48,049 nt of DNA from Deltaproteobacteria bacterium (lineage in GTDB: Bacteria; Desulfobacterota; Syntrophia; Syntrophales; UBA2210). This document shows, in pieces, positions 9,575 through 19,183 of the stretch (its first letter is position 1; every line of letters begins with the position of its first letter). The position numbers and the translations under genes were made by a program. The notes below the pieces were generated by a model. It saw only the letters and a list, made by a program, of their open reading frames with translations. It was not told the origin of the DNA and ran no database searches. The stretch spans positions 1-48,049 of the forward strand of contig JAGYOR010000002.1 of assembly GCA_018399535.1 (NCBI GenBank), written 5' to 3'.

Positions 9575-11182
9575 TTACCGTTTCCCCCGGTGCAGAACCC
9601 CCTTGGTGATATTGCACAGGTGATCATTCATACGTTCAATATCGGTAAGAATGTCTGAAAAAACAAGTCCCGCGTTGCTGAAACAGGAACCTTCTTCCAG
9701 GCGCTTGAGATGGTTCAGTTTGTACTGATCAACGAGAACGTCTATTTCCTCATCGATGTTCAGGCTGATAAGGGCGGCTTTTTCATCATTGTAATCCATT
9801 GCCTGTTTCGCGTGTTTCATAAGCGCCTCGGTCTTGTCAAAAAGCCGTCCCATTTCGGCCTGCGCCTGCGGCGAAAAGGACAGGTTATTTTCGTATAAGC
9901 GCTGCGAAAGCTTGGCGATATCTTCACAATAATCGCCCACCTTCTCCACGTCGTTTACGCTGTGCAGTATGGCGGGTACAAGACGCCGTTGCCTGTCGGT
10001 CAGGCCGGTCTGAGTGATTTCGGCAAGGTAGGTGGTTATCTTTTTCTGCATATCGTCGACGCTGTTCTCGTCGACGGTTATTTCGTTTTTCAGCTTGTGG
10101 CTGTAATCTTCAATGCACCGCCTGACTTTCCCCAGCATTTCCTGGCATACGGTCAACATAACCGACAATTCCCTGAGAGCTGCGCGTATTGCCAGGTCCG
10201 GCGTTGTAAGCAGGTGGGCTTCCAGATACCCGCCTTCTTTTTTTTCATAATCCTGACCCGGGACGACCCGTTCCAGAAACTTCACGAAAAGGGGCACGAA
10301 GGGAAGCAGCACGATAGTGTTGAAGATGTTGAAGATGGTGTGTGTATTGGCGATCTGGCGGGCGATGTCCCCGGAAAGCATGGGCACATAGTGAAGATAG
10401 AGCGGAATAAAGGGCAATACGATCGCCGTTCCGATAATATTAAACATGACGTGTCCGAAAGCCAGCCTCCTGCTCGATCTCCTTCCACCGATACTGGCCA
10501 CGAGCGCCGTAACGCAGGTGCCGATATTGTCTCCCAGAACCAGGTATACCGAGGACGGAAGATCAAGCAGTCCAGCCGATGCAAAGGCTATGACCATGCC
10601 AATGGTGGTGCTGCTGCTCTGCAGGAGTACCGTCAGGACCACCCCTGTTGCCACTCCCAGGAGGGGATAGGCGCCGAATTTGAGCAACAGGCTGATCACG
10701 GCTTCGTTTGCCGCGAGCGGCTTGACGGCCGATCCCATCATCGCGAGTCCCAGAAAAAGAATGCCGAAACCGAGTACCGCCAGGCCTTTGTTACGGGTCT
10801 TTTCCTTCGTGGCGAACAGATGCACCATGGCCCCGATGAAAACGAAGAGCAGGGCTGATTTTGTCAATTTGAAGGCGATCAGCTGGGCTGTGATCGTGGT
10901 GCCGATGTTTGCCCCGAAGATGACGGGCAGAGCGGCGGCCAGGGTCAGGACACCCGCGTTGAGAAACCCGATGAGAATGACGGAGGTGGCGCTCGAACTC
11001 TGTACGAGGGACGTTACGACGATGCCGAGGAAAACCGACTTGATCCGGTTAGAAGTTATTTTTCCGAGAAGATCCCGCAGAAGCCCCAGTGACAACGTCT
11101 TCAGGGAACTGCTCATGAGGTGGATGCCGAACAGGAAGAGCCCCAGCCCCCCGATAACACCCGCTATCACCTCAGCATACAT
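9575..11182 (-). CDS. Na+/phosphate cotransporter family protein with C-terminal PhoU-like domain
   Basis: 535-aa ORF with duplicated Na_Pi_cotrans repeats (LVQSSSATSVILIGF ... GANIGTTITAQ ; LLQSSSTTIGMVIAF ... GDNIGTCVTAL). A soluble helical PhoU-like C-terminal half follows. Confidence 0.9.
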   Translation of the reverse strand: MYAEVIAGVIGGLGLFLFGIHLMSSSLKTLSLGLLRDLLGKITSNRIKSVFLGIVVTSLVQSSSATSVILIGFLNAGVLTLAAALPVIFGANIGTTITAQLIAFKLTKSALLFVFIGAMVHLFATKEKTRNKGLAVLGFGILFLGLAMMGSAVKPLAANEAVISLLLKFGAYPLLGVATGVVLTVLLQSSSTTIGMVIAFASAGLLDLPSSVYLVLGDNIGTCVTALVASIGGRRSSRRLAFGHVMFNIIGTAIVLPFIPLYLHYVPMLSGDIARQIANTHTIFNIFNTIVLLPFVPLFVKFLERVVPGQDYEKKEGGYLEAHLLTTPDLAIRAALRELSVMLTVCQEMLGKVRRCIEDYSHKLKNEITVDENSVDDMQKKITTYLAEITQTGLTDRQRRLVPAILHSVNDVEKVGDYCEDIAKLSQRLYENNLSFSPQAQAEMGRLFDKTEALMKHAKQAMDYNDEKAALISLNIDEEIDVLVDQYKLNHLKRLEEGSCFSNAGLVFSDILTDIERMNDHLCNITKGVLHRGKR

Positions 11183-11477
11183 GCCACACGATCCTCAGCG
11201 TTTTGTTTGCCCTGTGCGGATTTTTACGGTCAGTGTAAGACAACTGTTTGATATTACTGGTTCTGACGGCACTTACTGGTTGCTTACCTATCTGATAAAA
11301 GGCATGCATGTCAAATGTTATTTTGGCGTCGGCGGCCACGACGGAGGGCTGAGCGGCACTACGGAAACCGAAGCCGGGATCCCGGGTTCATGCCGGAAAA
11401 CGAATGTATCTCCGGTCATGGAGCTTAACCTGCCGCGACAGTGTCCCTGAGTAAGGACTTCGGCTGCCGAACCGGCG

Positions 11478-12962
11478 TTACTGAACCGTCCAGGAACTGC
11501 CCTCGGAGCTGTCCCTGACAAGTACACCCCGCTCTCGGAGCCTGTCCCTGATCTCGTCGGCCCTTTCCCAGTCACGCTCACGGCGCGCCTGGTTTCTCTC
11601 CTCAACGAGGGCCTCGATTTCTTCTTTCGTCAGGTTCCTCCTGCGCAATTCCCGATCCTTGTCGAGCCTGAAATAATCGGAGGGATCCGCCAGAAACAGG
11701 CCCAGCACCTTTCCTGTCTCCCGCATCCGTTTTTTTGCCGCGTCAATCGCGAAGAGAAAGGAACGCTCCTCCGAACGGTCCGCGTTGTCCGAGATATAGG
11801 TATTGAGCCGGCGAAGGGTTTCGAATACATACCCGATGGCCCGGGCCGTGTTGAAATCGTCGTCCATGGCGTCGACAAAGCGCTCCGGCAGGGATTCGAC
11901 CTTCTTGAAAAACGCCTCGTCTTCGCCCGACAGGTCTTTCCCGGAAAAATTATCAAAATCACCGCAGCCTGCGAGCAGCTTGTTTACCGTTTCCAGCGTC
12001 GTATAAAACCGCTCCATTGCCGATCGGGCGTCCCGCAGTCCGTCTTCGGAAAAATCGATGATGCTTTTATAGTGGCTTCGAAGCATGAAAAGCCTCACCA
12101 CGTCTGGGTGAACCCGCCGCAGGATGTCCTTGACGGTGAAAACGTTTCCCAGGGACTTCGACATTTTTTCGCTGTTGATCTTGACAAACCCGTTATGCAC
12201 CCAGTACCGGGCGAAGGGCTTTCCCGTCGCACCCTCGGCCTGAGCGATCTCGTTTTCATGGTGGGGAAATATAAGGTCTTCACCGCCACCGTGTATATCA
12301 AAGGTCTCGCCGAGAAAACGCTGGCTCATGACGGAACATTCGATATGCCATCCCGGACGCCCCCTGCCCCAGGGACTGTCCCACCAGGGTTCTCCCTTCT
12401 TCGTGGCCTTCCAGAGCACGAAGTCGTAAGGATTTTTCTTTTTTTTGTCCACCTCGATGCGCGCGCCGGCCATCATTTCGTCGAGCGTCCGCCCGGAAAG
12501 TTTTCCGTAGCCCTCAAACCGTTCGACGGCAAAGAATACGTCACCGTCGACCACGTAAGCCAGTCCCCGTTCCAGGAGCCGCTCGATGAGCCTGATCATG
12601 CCCTTGATATTTTCCGTCGCCCGGGGAGCAACCGTCGGGCGGGCTACGCCGAGGGCGTCCATATCCTCATTATGTTCCCGAATGTACCGATCTGCGATGG
12701 TCCTGATATCAACGCCTTCTTTCAAGGCCTTTTCAATAATTTTGTCGTCGACGTCGGTGAAATTTTTGACGTAGGTAACGGCATATCCTCTGTATTTAAG
12801 GTAACGATAGATGACATCGAAAACAATCGCCGACCGGGCATGGCCGATGTGACAGACATCGTACGCGGTGATGCCGCACACGTATAAACCGATTTTCCCC
12901 TCCTCCAGGGGTATGAAATCTTCTTTCCGCTTGCTCAGAGTATTGTAAATTTTCAATGTCAT
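11478..12962 (-). CDS. cysS: Cysteine--tRNA ligase
   Basis: Class I motifs HIGHARS and KMSKS ([10 protein letters not shown]) are present. The canonical N-terminus [12 protein letters not shown]-type begins at ATG 12962. The 22-aa upstream extension in the track ORF (to 13028) is not family-like. Confidence 0.95.
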   Translation of the reverse strand: MTLKIYNTLSKRKEDFIPLEEGKIGLYVCGITAYDVCHIGHARSAIVFDVIYRYLKYRGYAVTYVKNFTDVDDKIIEKALKEGVDIRTIADRYIREHNEDMDALGVARPTVAPRATENIKGMIRLIERLLERGLAYVVDGDVFFAVERFEGYGKLSGRTLDEMMAGARIEVDKKKKNPYDFVLWKATKKGEPWWDSPWGRGRPGWHIECSVMSQRFLGETFDIHGGGEDLIFPHHENEIAQAEGATGKPFARYWVHNGFVKINSEKMSKSLGNVFTVKDILRRVHPDVVRLFMLRSHYKSIIDFSEDGLRDARSAMERFYTTLETVNKLLAGCGDFDNFSGKDLSGEDEAFFKKVESLPERFVDAMDDDFNTARAIGYVFETLRRLNTYISDNADRSEERSFLFAIDAAKKRMRETGKVLGLFLADPSDYFRLDKDRELRRRNLTKEEIEALVEERNQARRERDWERADEIRDRLRERGVLVRDSSEGSSWTVQ

Positions 12963-13080
12963 AACAATCACCGAGGATGCTAGTGAAATATAATGCAGCA
13001 ACCGTGCAGGCTGAGCAACGACACGCACCGGCCGTTCGCACCGGGTGCTCTTAAACGATACGGAACCATCATTTCGAAAA

Positions 13081-14118
13081 TCAGGGGAACAGGGGCACCA
13101 GGTTTAATCCGGCGTCTTCCGGCAGTTTCATCATCAGATTCATGTTCTGGATCGCCTGGCCGGCGGCCCCTTTTACGAGGTTGTCGATCGCCGCTACGAC
13201 CAGAACGCGGCCTGTCCGCCCGTCCACGGCGACGCCTATATCACAGAAGTTTGAACCTTTGACCGCAGAGATGTTGGGAAAAACGCCCCTTTCACAAATC
13301 CTGACGAAGGGTTCACCCTTGTAAAATTCCCTATATGTTTCCAACAGAAGATCCGAATCAATTTCTTTGCCGGGTGTTCCGTACATGGTGCTCAGTATGC
13401 CCCGGTTTACCGGGACAAGATGCGGCGTAAACAACACCTTGAGATCGATGCCGGCAAGAAGGGAAAGTTCCTGTTCCATCTCGGGCGTGTGACGGTGGGT
13501 ACCGACCTTGTAGGCCTTGAACCCCTCGTTTACTTCACAGAAAAGAGAAGCAATGTTCACCTCTCTTCCGGCGCCGCTTGTTCCCGATTTCGCGTCTATG
13601 ATGATGGATCCAGGATCAATGAGCCCGCCCCGCAAAAGCGGCGCGAGACCCAGAATGACGCCGGTGGGATAGCAGCCGGGATTCGCTACGAGCCGGGCTC
13701 CGGATATGCGTTCCCGGTATAACTCGGGAAGACCGTAGACGGCTTCGGGCAACAGCTCCGGCACCCGGTGGCGCACATACCATGCTTCATAGGTTTCGGG
13801 ATCGTGCAACCGGAAATCGGCGCTCAGATCGATCACCCGTTTCCCCGCTTCGATGAAGCGGGAAGCCGCATCCATCGCTTCTCCGTGAGGAACGGCGAGA
13901 AAAACAACGTCGCACAGTGAGGCCACGTCGTCAGGCGAAGCATCCATGAAAGCGAGATCCGTCATTTTCCCGAAATGGGGGTAAACGGCGGTAACCGGCT
14001 TTCCGCTGTACTGCCGCGATGTGAGGGCCGTTACCTCGCAGTCAGGGTGCCGCAGCAGCAACCGCAGCAACTCCTGACCCGTGTAGCCGCTTGCCCCGTA
14101 AATTCCCGTCCTGATCAT
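13081..14118 (-). CDS. argC: N-acetyl-gamma-glutamyl-phosphate reductase
   Basis: MIRTGIYGASGYTGQELLRLL is an NAD-binding N-terminus, and the active-site Cys lies in NPGCYPTG. Start set at ATG 14118 (SD GGAAAGG). The track ORF extension to 14250 would overlap rpsI and a terminator. Confidence 0.95.
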   Translation of the reverse strand: MIRTGIYGASGYTGQELLRLLLRHPDCEVTALTSRQYSGKPVTAVYPHFGKMTDLAFMDASPDDVASLCDVVFLAVPHGEAMDAASRFIEAGKRVIDLSADFRLHDPETYEAWYVRHRVPELLPEAVYGLPELYRERISGARLVANPGCYPTGVILGLAPLLRGGLIDPGSIIIDAKSGTSGAGREVNIASLFCEVNEGFKAYKVGTHRHTPEMEQELSLLAGIDLKVLFTPHLVPVNRGILSTMYGTPGKEIDSDLLLETYREFYKGEPFVRICERGVFPNISAVKGSNFCDIGVAVDGRTGRVLVVAAIDNLVKGAAGQAIQNMNLMMKLPEDAGLNLVPLFP

Positions 14119-14131
14119 GGCCTTTCCTATC

Positions 14132-14153
14132 AAAAAAGGGGGCCGAAGCCCCC
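14132..14153 (-). terminator. Intrinsic terminator downstream of rpsI
   Basis: On the minus strand, GGGGGC-UUCG-GCCCCC (6-bp GC stem, tetraloop) is followed by UUUUUUG. It begins 20 nt after the rpsI stop codon. Confidence 0.7.
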
Positions 14154-14173
14154 GTATAGTTCTCCACCTGTTT

Positions 14174-14566
14174 TCATCGCTTTGAATACTGGAACCGCTT
14201 GCGCGCGCCGGGCTGACCGTATTTTTTCCGCTCCTTGATCCGCGCATCACGGGTCAGGAACCCGGACTTTCTCAATGTCTGTTTCAACGACTCGTCATAT
14301 TCCACCAGCGCCCTTGAAATACCGTGCTTGATGGCGCCTGCCTGCCCGGAAACGCCTCCTCCGCGAACATTCACCATGAAATCGAGTTTGCCCCGCTTGT
14401 CCGTAACGTCCAGAGGCCGGTTTACCTGTTGTTTTACTGTTCCAAGCCGGAAATAGTCGTCGAATTTTCTCTTGTTGACAATAAACTCGCCCGTTCCTTC
14501 CTGCATCCACACCCGCGCAATCGCTGTCTTTCTCCTGCCCGTTGCATAGTATCGCTTGGTCGCCAT
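14174..14566 (-). CDS. rpsI: 30S ribosomal protein S9
   Basis: 130 aa. It has the conserved GGG.SGQAGA motif and the C-terminal ...ARKRFQYSKR, and it lies directly downstream of rplM. Confidence 0.97.
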   Translation of the reverse strand: MATKRYYATGRRKTAIARVWMQEGTGEFIVNKRKFDDYFRLGTVKQQVNRPLDVTDKRGKLDFMVNVRGGGVSGQAGAIKHGISRALVEYDESLKQTLRKSGFLTRDARIKERKKYGQPGARKRFQYSKR

Positions 14567-14583
14567 GAATCTCCTCTTCTCCT

Positions 14584-15018
14584 TCAGCTTTCAGCACCCG
14601 CAACCCCGGGCGATTGTGCCTCGTGCGGGTGTTCGGAACCGGCATATATTTTGAGTTTTTTCAGCATTTTTCTTCCCAGGCTGTTTTTCGGAAGCATTCC
14701 CCTCACGGCGTTGCGAAGTATCCTGTCGGGATGTTTCTCGAGCATCTGTTTCGCAGTTGTCGCCTTCAATCCTCCGGGATAGCCGCTGTGGTGGTAATAC
14801 ATTTTCTCGGCCGATTTGCGGCCGGTAAGCATAATTTTTTCCGCATTTACAACCACCACGAAATCGCCCATGTCCATGTGGGGCGTGTAGAAGGGCGAAT
14901 TCTTGCCCTTCAGTCTTTGAGCGATGTCACTCGCAAGGCGGCCCAGAACCTGGCCGTCGGCATCATAGAGGTACCACTGCCTCGTGATATCCCCGCTTTT
15001 TGCGCTGTAAGTTTTCAT
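14584..15018 (-). CDS. rplM: 50S ribosomal protein L13
   Basis: 144 aa. The N-terminus [30 protein letters not shown] is the canonical L13 start, and it pairs with rpsI. Confidence 0.97.
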   Translation of the reverse strand: MKTYSAKSGDITRQWYLYDADGQVLGRLASDIAQRLKGKNSPFYTPHMDMGDFVVVVNAEKIMLTGRKSAEKMYYHHSGYPGGLKATTAKQMLEKHPDRILRNAVRGMLPKNSLGRKMLKKLKIYAGSEHPHEAQSPGVAGAES

Positions 15019-15053
15019 AAATCACCGTGCACCGTTATTCAAACTGAAGCGGT

Positions 15054-15082
15054 ACCCTAAGCAATTGCAAGAAGTTTGTCAA
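15054..15082 (-). promoter_or_regulatory. Candidate sigma70-type promoter for rplM-rpsI
   Basis: On the minus strand, TTGACA (15082-15077), a 17-nt spacer and TAGGGT (15059-15054) lie about 35 nt upstream of the rplM ATG. This is a sequence match only, and the -10 is weak. Confidence 0.35.
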
Positions 15083-15111
15083 GTGGAAAAAGCTGCAAAA
15101 ACCGCGGGCAC

Positions 15112-17313
15112 TCAATCCCGTCCCGGCAACCCCCCCTCGACGCGCATCAGGCGCCCGAGACCCGCCAGGGTAACGATCACCATGAAGCTTCGGTCATCAT
15201 GGGAATCGGTGAGGACGAACTCCGCGTCCCAGCATTGTTTCCGGTAAAGAACGCCGTACCGTGTCTCGAGATTCCTTTTTTCCGCCTCATCATACGCACG
15301 CCCGAAAAAGAGATCGAGTTGATCCGTAACTTTTGCATGAAAATCAACGTTTAATTGTTCCACCACGTCACGAGTGTAACGATACTCGAATCTTAACGAA
15401 TCTCCGCGGGGGTCCTTCAGGTTCAGAAGACCGTTTATTACTTTCCAGTCGCCTTCGTAGGCGTCGAGCGTAAGATCGCCGCCGAGGCTGAACAGCGGAT
15501 GGGGAGTGAGGTCGATTTCCGCGTCGATATCCCCGAAAGGTCTCCGTTTATCGACCCCGGGAGGCAGGTTCCGCCGCGCCTCCCGTATGTCGTAGGTCTG
15601 GCTCAGTTTCAGGTTCGCCAGTTCCCGATACGATTTGTTCCCGTCCTCATCCTGGAAACGGGCCGTAAACGTATTGATCAGCGAGTAGGTCACCCTGTTT
15701 TCTTCGTCCACAAAGCGCACATAGTTTGGTCTGTCATCCTGGGAAATATAGGGAAGATAACGGTAGGCGACCTCCGGCCTGATGCTGTGCCGTATCTTGT
15801 CCACACCCCACTTGTTGACGGAAAATATCCGCTGTATGTCCGACGTGAGAGTCGCGCCCGCGTGGTAGAGCGTCCTGTTGTCACGCCGGTCACGGCGTCT
15901 TCGCGAATCGGTCGTATCGGCGGCGTCCCACCGGGTTTCCCGGACCCCGAGTTCGGGTATGAAGCGAAAATAACGGCCGGCGTTCAGGGGAAGTGAAACG
16001 ACGGGCGCCACATCCAGGTAGTGGCCGCGTTGCCCGGTAGTTCGATAATAATACGCGTAGGTTGAATCCATCTCGAAATCGAAGGGTGTGTCGGCGACGG
16101 GTTGTTTCATCGCCGTGAAGGACACTTCGGGATATTTCTGCAGCGTCTTGTCGTTTGAGTGGTCCCGGTAATTATCAGTGTACTGTCCCAGTGCCGTCAG
16201 ATTGAAGCGTTCCCAGTCTTTCGTCAATCGAACCGTGGAATTCAGAGAAGAAAGATAGGCATCCCCTTCGAAATCGACCCGCCGAAAAGGACGATCACCT
16301 TTTTCATTGTAATGTTCCAGATAATAATTGTGCGACTCAAAGTCCTTGAAGTACCAGTTGTCGGAAACTTTTTTCACATTCGCCCTGAGGTTGATGCCAT
16401 TGTCGAACCGGGTTTCGTGGTCCAGGTAGTAGGACCAGCGATCACGCGAGTCTTTCCAGTCCCGGAACAGTTCACCGTCACCCTGCTTGCTGGTGATATC
16501 CATGCCGTCTCTGAGATAGTCAGTGTAGAAGGTGCCGAAAGAATTCTCGCCGAGACAGTACCGCAGTTCCACGCCCTCCTGGAAACCCCGCTTGTCCATG
16601 TACCGCTGGTAAAATGTAAGGTCAGCCGATTCCGAAACCGCCCAGTAAAAAGGGATGCCGATATCCCACCCGAGTTTATCGCTTGAAAATCCCCAGCGCG
16701 GCGGAAGAAAGCCCGTCTGGCGGGTGGTCTTCGCGGGGAACACCATGTATGGCACATATATAAGGGGAATATCTTTGACCCTGAAGGCGCCGTGGCGGAC
16801 GGTACCGTACCCGTCCACCGTCACATCGATTTTTCGGCCCGTTATCTTCCAGTCCGGGCTTTCCCCGCAGCAACTCGTTACATCCGCGTCCAGCAGGGAG
16901 TAATCATTCTCGCCTCTTTTTTCGATGGTTTCTCCTCTCAGGAAGAGATGATTCTCCTTGAAAAAGACGGTCCCTTGAGAAATGACGCCCTGCCTGGTGA
17001 TGGTGTTGAAACGGGCCTTCGAACCTTCGACGGTGTCTCCGTCGCTCTTTATGAAAACGTTTCCCTCGGCTTCGGCCTCGCCCGACGCGACGTCAAACAT
17101 TACCCTGTCGGCGTCCAGGTATCCCCCTTTAAATATTATGTGAACATCGCCTTCTGCCTCGTACGCTTCAGGATCGCTGATGTAGCGGACACGTTCGGCC
17201 TCGATGTGAACCGGGCCCGAGGCGATGTCCCTGTCCAGGGCGAAAACGGAACGCGGGACCGGCATCAGGCTGATCACCAGGACAAGAAGTATGATTGTAC
17301 CGAATCGATTCAT
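15112..17313 (-). CDS. lptD: LPS-assembly outer-membrane protein LptD
   Basis: 733-aa ORF with a signal peptide (MNRFGTIILLVLVISLMPVPRSVFA), an OstA-like N-terminal domain and a long beta-barrel region rich in aromatic-x-aromatic strands. Confidence 0.88.
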   Translation of the reverse strand: MNRFGTIILLVLVISLMPVPRSVFALDRDIASGPVHIEAERVRYISDPEAYEAEGDVHIIFKGGYLDADRVMFDVASGEAEAEGNVFIKSDGDTVEGSKARFNTITRQGVISQGTVFFKENHLFLRGETIEKRGENDYSLLDADVTSCCGESPDWKITGRKIDVTVDGYGTVRHGAFRVKDIPLIYVPYMVFPAKTTRQTGFLPPRWGFSSDKLGWDIGIPFYWAVSESADLTFYQRYMDKRGFQEGVELRYCLGENSFGTFYTDYLRDGMDITSKQGDGELFRDWKDSRDRWSYYLDHETRFDNGINLRANVKKVSDNWYFKDFESHNYYLEHYNEKGDRPFRRVDFEGDAYLSSLNSTVRLTKDWERFNLTALGQYTDNYRDHSNDKTLQKYPEVSFTAMKQPVADTPFDFEMDSTYAYYYRTTGQRGHYLDVAPVVSLPLNAGRYFRFIPELGVRETRWDAADTTDSRRRRDRRDNRTLYHAGATLTSDIQRIFSVNKWGVDKIRHSIRPEVAYRYLPYISQDDRPNYVRFVDEENRVTYSLINTFTARFQDEDGNKSYRELANLKLSQTYDIREARRNLPPGVDKRRPFGDIDAEIDLTPHPLFSLGGDLTLDAYEGDWKVINGLLNLKDPRGDSLRFEYRYTRDVVEQLNVDFHAKVTDQLDLFFGRAYDEAEKRNLETRYGVLYRKQCWDAEFVLTDSHDDRSFMVIVTLAGLGRLMRVEGGLPGRD

Positions 17314-17388
17314 TTTACCGGGCTCATGCTCCGAAAGGCGCAGATCACGGCATGGTTACCATAAACCGCCGCATTTTAAAAACCGAAA

Positions 17389-18645
17389 CTACACTCCCTG
17401 CCGCTTTATTTCTCCCAGCAGGTACAGGGACCCTGTCACCAGGACCATGTCTTCAGGCCCGGCCAGGGAACAAGCGCGCTGAAAGGCATCCTGAACGCAG
17501 GGTATGATCTCGAACCGGTCGGCGTCAAGCCCGAAATCGTCCAAATCGCGACGGGACAGCCGGCGGGTTCTTTCTCCCGGCGGTTCCGTGACGATAATCC
17601 TGTCCGCCAGAAGGGAGATCCTGCTCAGCATGGACCTGCAATGTTTGTCTTCCATGACGCCGAACAGGACAATCAACCGCTCATAGCTGAAATCCCGGGG
17701 TAGAGTCCTGCATAGAGCCCTGACTCCCTCAGGATTGTGGGCGCCGTCAAGAACAATGAGCGGGGCCACGCCGACAGTTTCCAGTCTTCCCTCCCATGCT
17801 GTCGACTCGATACCTTCAATAAGTGCGCGGTCATCGATTTCCATGCCCTTTTCTGCCAGGATTTCGGCGGTGGCGGCGGCCAGCGCGGCGTTTGAAACCT
17901 GATAATCTCCCGGAAGGGGGAGCCGGAGATTCCTGAGCGTATGGTTTATGCCGTAATACGAAAAAGTTGTTTTCCCCCGACGCCGCGCAGTGAAATCCTT
18001 CCCCCGCCGCAACACCCGGGCCCCGAGGATTTGAGCGGTTTTTTCAATGACGGCAAGAACTTTCCTTTGCGTCACGCCGGTGACGCAGACACCGTCTTTT
18101 TTTATAATTTCAGCCTTTTCTGCGGCTATATCGACCAGCCGCCGTCCCAGGTAACGTTCATGTTCCAGTGAAATGGTCGTGATAACCGAAACCTCGGGCA
18201 TGATACAGTTTGTTGCATCCAGCCTGCCTCCCATGCCGACTTCGAACACAGCGATATTGACTGACTGTTCCTGAAAAAAACGGGATGCAAGGACCGTGGC
18301 GAATTCAAAATAGGTAATATCCTCCGTAATGTAATGCCGAAGTTCGCTCACCAGGCGCACCAGGGCATCTTCAGGAATCATGACGCCGTTAATTCTGATC
18401 CGCTCTCTGAAATCGACAAGGTGTGGAGATGTATAAAGACCGACGCGGTATCCCGCCGCGCCGAGGATCGAAGCGATCATGGCGGCCACGGAACCCTTGC
18501 CGTTTGTTCCACCGACGTGTACCGTCCGGTACGTAAGGTGTGGATCACCCAGCGTAGCAAGAAGCCGCGATACGGGGTCGAGATCGAGATGAATGCCCCG
18601 CTTTTCAAGCCCGGCCAGGTATCTCCGAACCTGGTCTAGATCCAT
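17389..18645 (-). CDS. folC: Bifunctional folylpolyglutamate synthase/dihydrofolate synthase
   Basis: Mur-ligase-type P-loop HVGGTNGKGS and FolC-like organisation. Start set at ATG 18645 (MDLDQVRRYLAGLEKRGI). The 28-aa basic extension in the track ORF is unlikely to be real. Confidence 0.9.
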   Translation of the reverse strand: MDLDQVRRYLAGLEKRGIHLDLDPVSRLLATLGDPHLTYRTVHVGGTNGKGSVAAMIASILGAAGYRVGLYTSPHLVDFRERIRINGVMIPEDALVRLVSELRHYITEDITYFEFATVLASRFFQEQSVNIAVFEVGMGGRLDATNCIMPEVSVITTISLEHERYLGRRLVDIAAEKAEIIKKDGVCVTGVTQRKVLAVIEKTAQILGARVLRRGKDFTARRRGKTTFSYYGINHTLRNLRLPLPGDYQVSNAALAAATAEILAEKGMEIDDRALIEGIESTAWEGRLETVGVAPLIVLDGAHNPEGVRALCRTLPRDFSYERLIVLFGVMEDKHCRSMLSRISLLADRIIVTEPPGERTRRLSRRDLDDFGLDADRFEIIPCVQDAFQRACSLAGPEDMVLVTGSLYLLGEIKRQGV

Positions 18646-18730
18646 GGTTTGTCGTTTCCTCGAAACTGGTTTCCGGAACCCGCGATCGCTTCTTCCGCGG
18701 CCTGCCGTCAATCCGCCGTTGAATATCACA

Positions 18731-18775
18731 TGAAAAAAGCCATGGCGCGTTCATGTTGCGCGTTACCATGGCTTT
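18731..18775 (-). terminator. Intrinsic terminator downstream of the EF-like small gene
   Basis: On the minus strand, AAAGCCAUGG ... CCAUGGCUUU forms a 10-bp outer stem around an inner GCGC/GCGC helix and is followed by UUUCAUG. It starts about 30 nt after the stop at 18805. Confidence 0.7.
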
Positions 18776-18804
18776 CAAAATTATCACGACCGGGAAGAAT
18801 GTCG

Positions 18805-19065
18805 CTAGTCAGGCAGAACCTTGAACATTTCATCGCCCGGGCGCACCCGGTCTGCAACCCTGATTCCTATATAATCACCGGCCTGGGCCTTCTCGATTTT
18901 CTCGTTGTTGATTTCCATCGAGTCAACGGTGTCTTCAAAATCCGTCGTGTGCCCCGTAAAACGAATCCGGTCGCCGACGGACAGCGTACCTTCCACGATT
19001 TTCACGGCGGCGACACTTGGCTTTGAAAAATATTTCATTACCTCGCCCACTCTTTCTTCAGCCAT
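18805..19065 (-). CDS. Small stand-alone EF-Tu domain-II-like (translation elongation factor-like) beta-barrel protein
   Basis: 86 aa counted from ATG 19065, with SD GGGAGG 7 nt upstream. VKIVEGTLSVGDRIRFTGHTTDFEDTVDSMEINNEKIEKAQAGDYIGIRV resembles the GTP_EFTU_D2 barrel. The TTG start at 19125 in the track ORF has no SD. Confidence 0.7.
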   Translation of the reverse strand: MAEERVGEVMKYFSKPSVAAVKIVEGTLSVGDRIRFTGHTTDFEDTVDSMEINNEKIEKAQAGDYIGIRVADRVRPGDEMFKVLPD

Positions 19066-19155
19066 ACCATCACCTCCCTGGAGCGTTTCGACCCGACGCT
19101 CCCTGTATCTGATGAGTACAATCAACTCGGGAACCGCGCCTCACCTTGTCTGGCG

Positions 19156-19183
19156 ATTATATCCCCGGGGAATGAAAAATCAA
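19156..19183 (-). promoter_or_regulatory. Candidate sigma70-type promoter for the EF-like small gene
   Basis: On the minus strand, TTGATT (19183-19178), a 16-nt spacer and a perfect TATAAT (19161-19156) lie immediately after the rplQ terminator. This would leave a ~90-nt 5' UTR containing hairpin GGAGCGU/ACGCUCC just before the SD. Confidence 0.4.

Noticed and set aside
12963-13028. N-terminal extensions of track ORFs. These are cysS to 13028, argC to 14250, folC to 18729, the EF-like gene to 19125, rpsD to 21420, rplO to 25104, rpsL to 36230, secE to 47708 and the cytidylate-kinase-like gene to 5763.
   Set aside because: In each case the extension is not family-like and lacks an SD. It also overlaps an upstream gene, a terminator or a tRNA. 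An internal start with a proper SD reproduces the canonical N-terminus.
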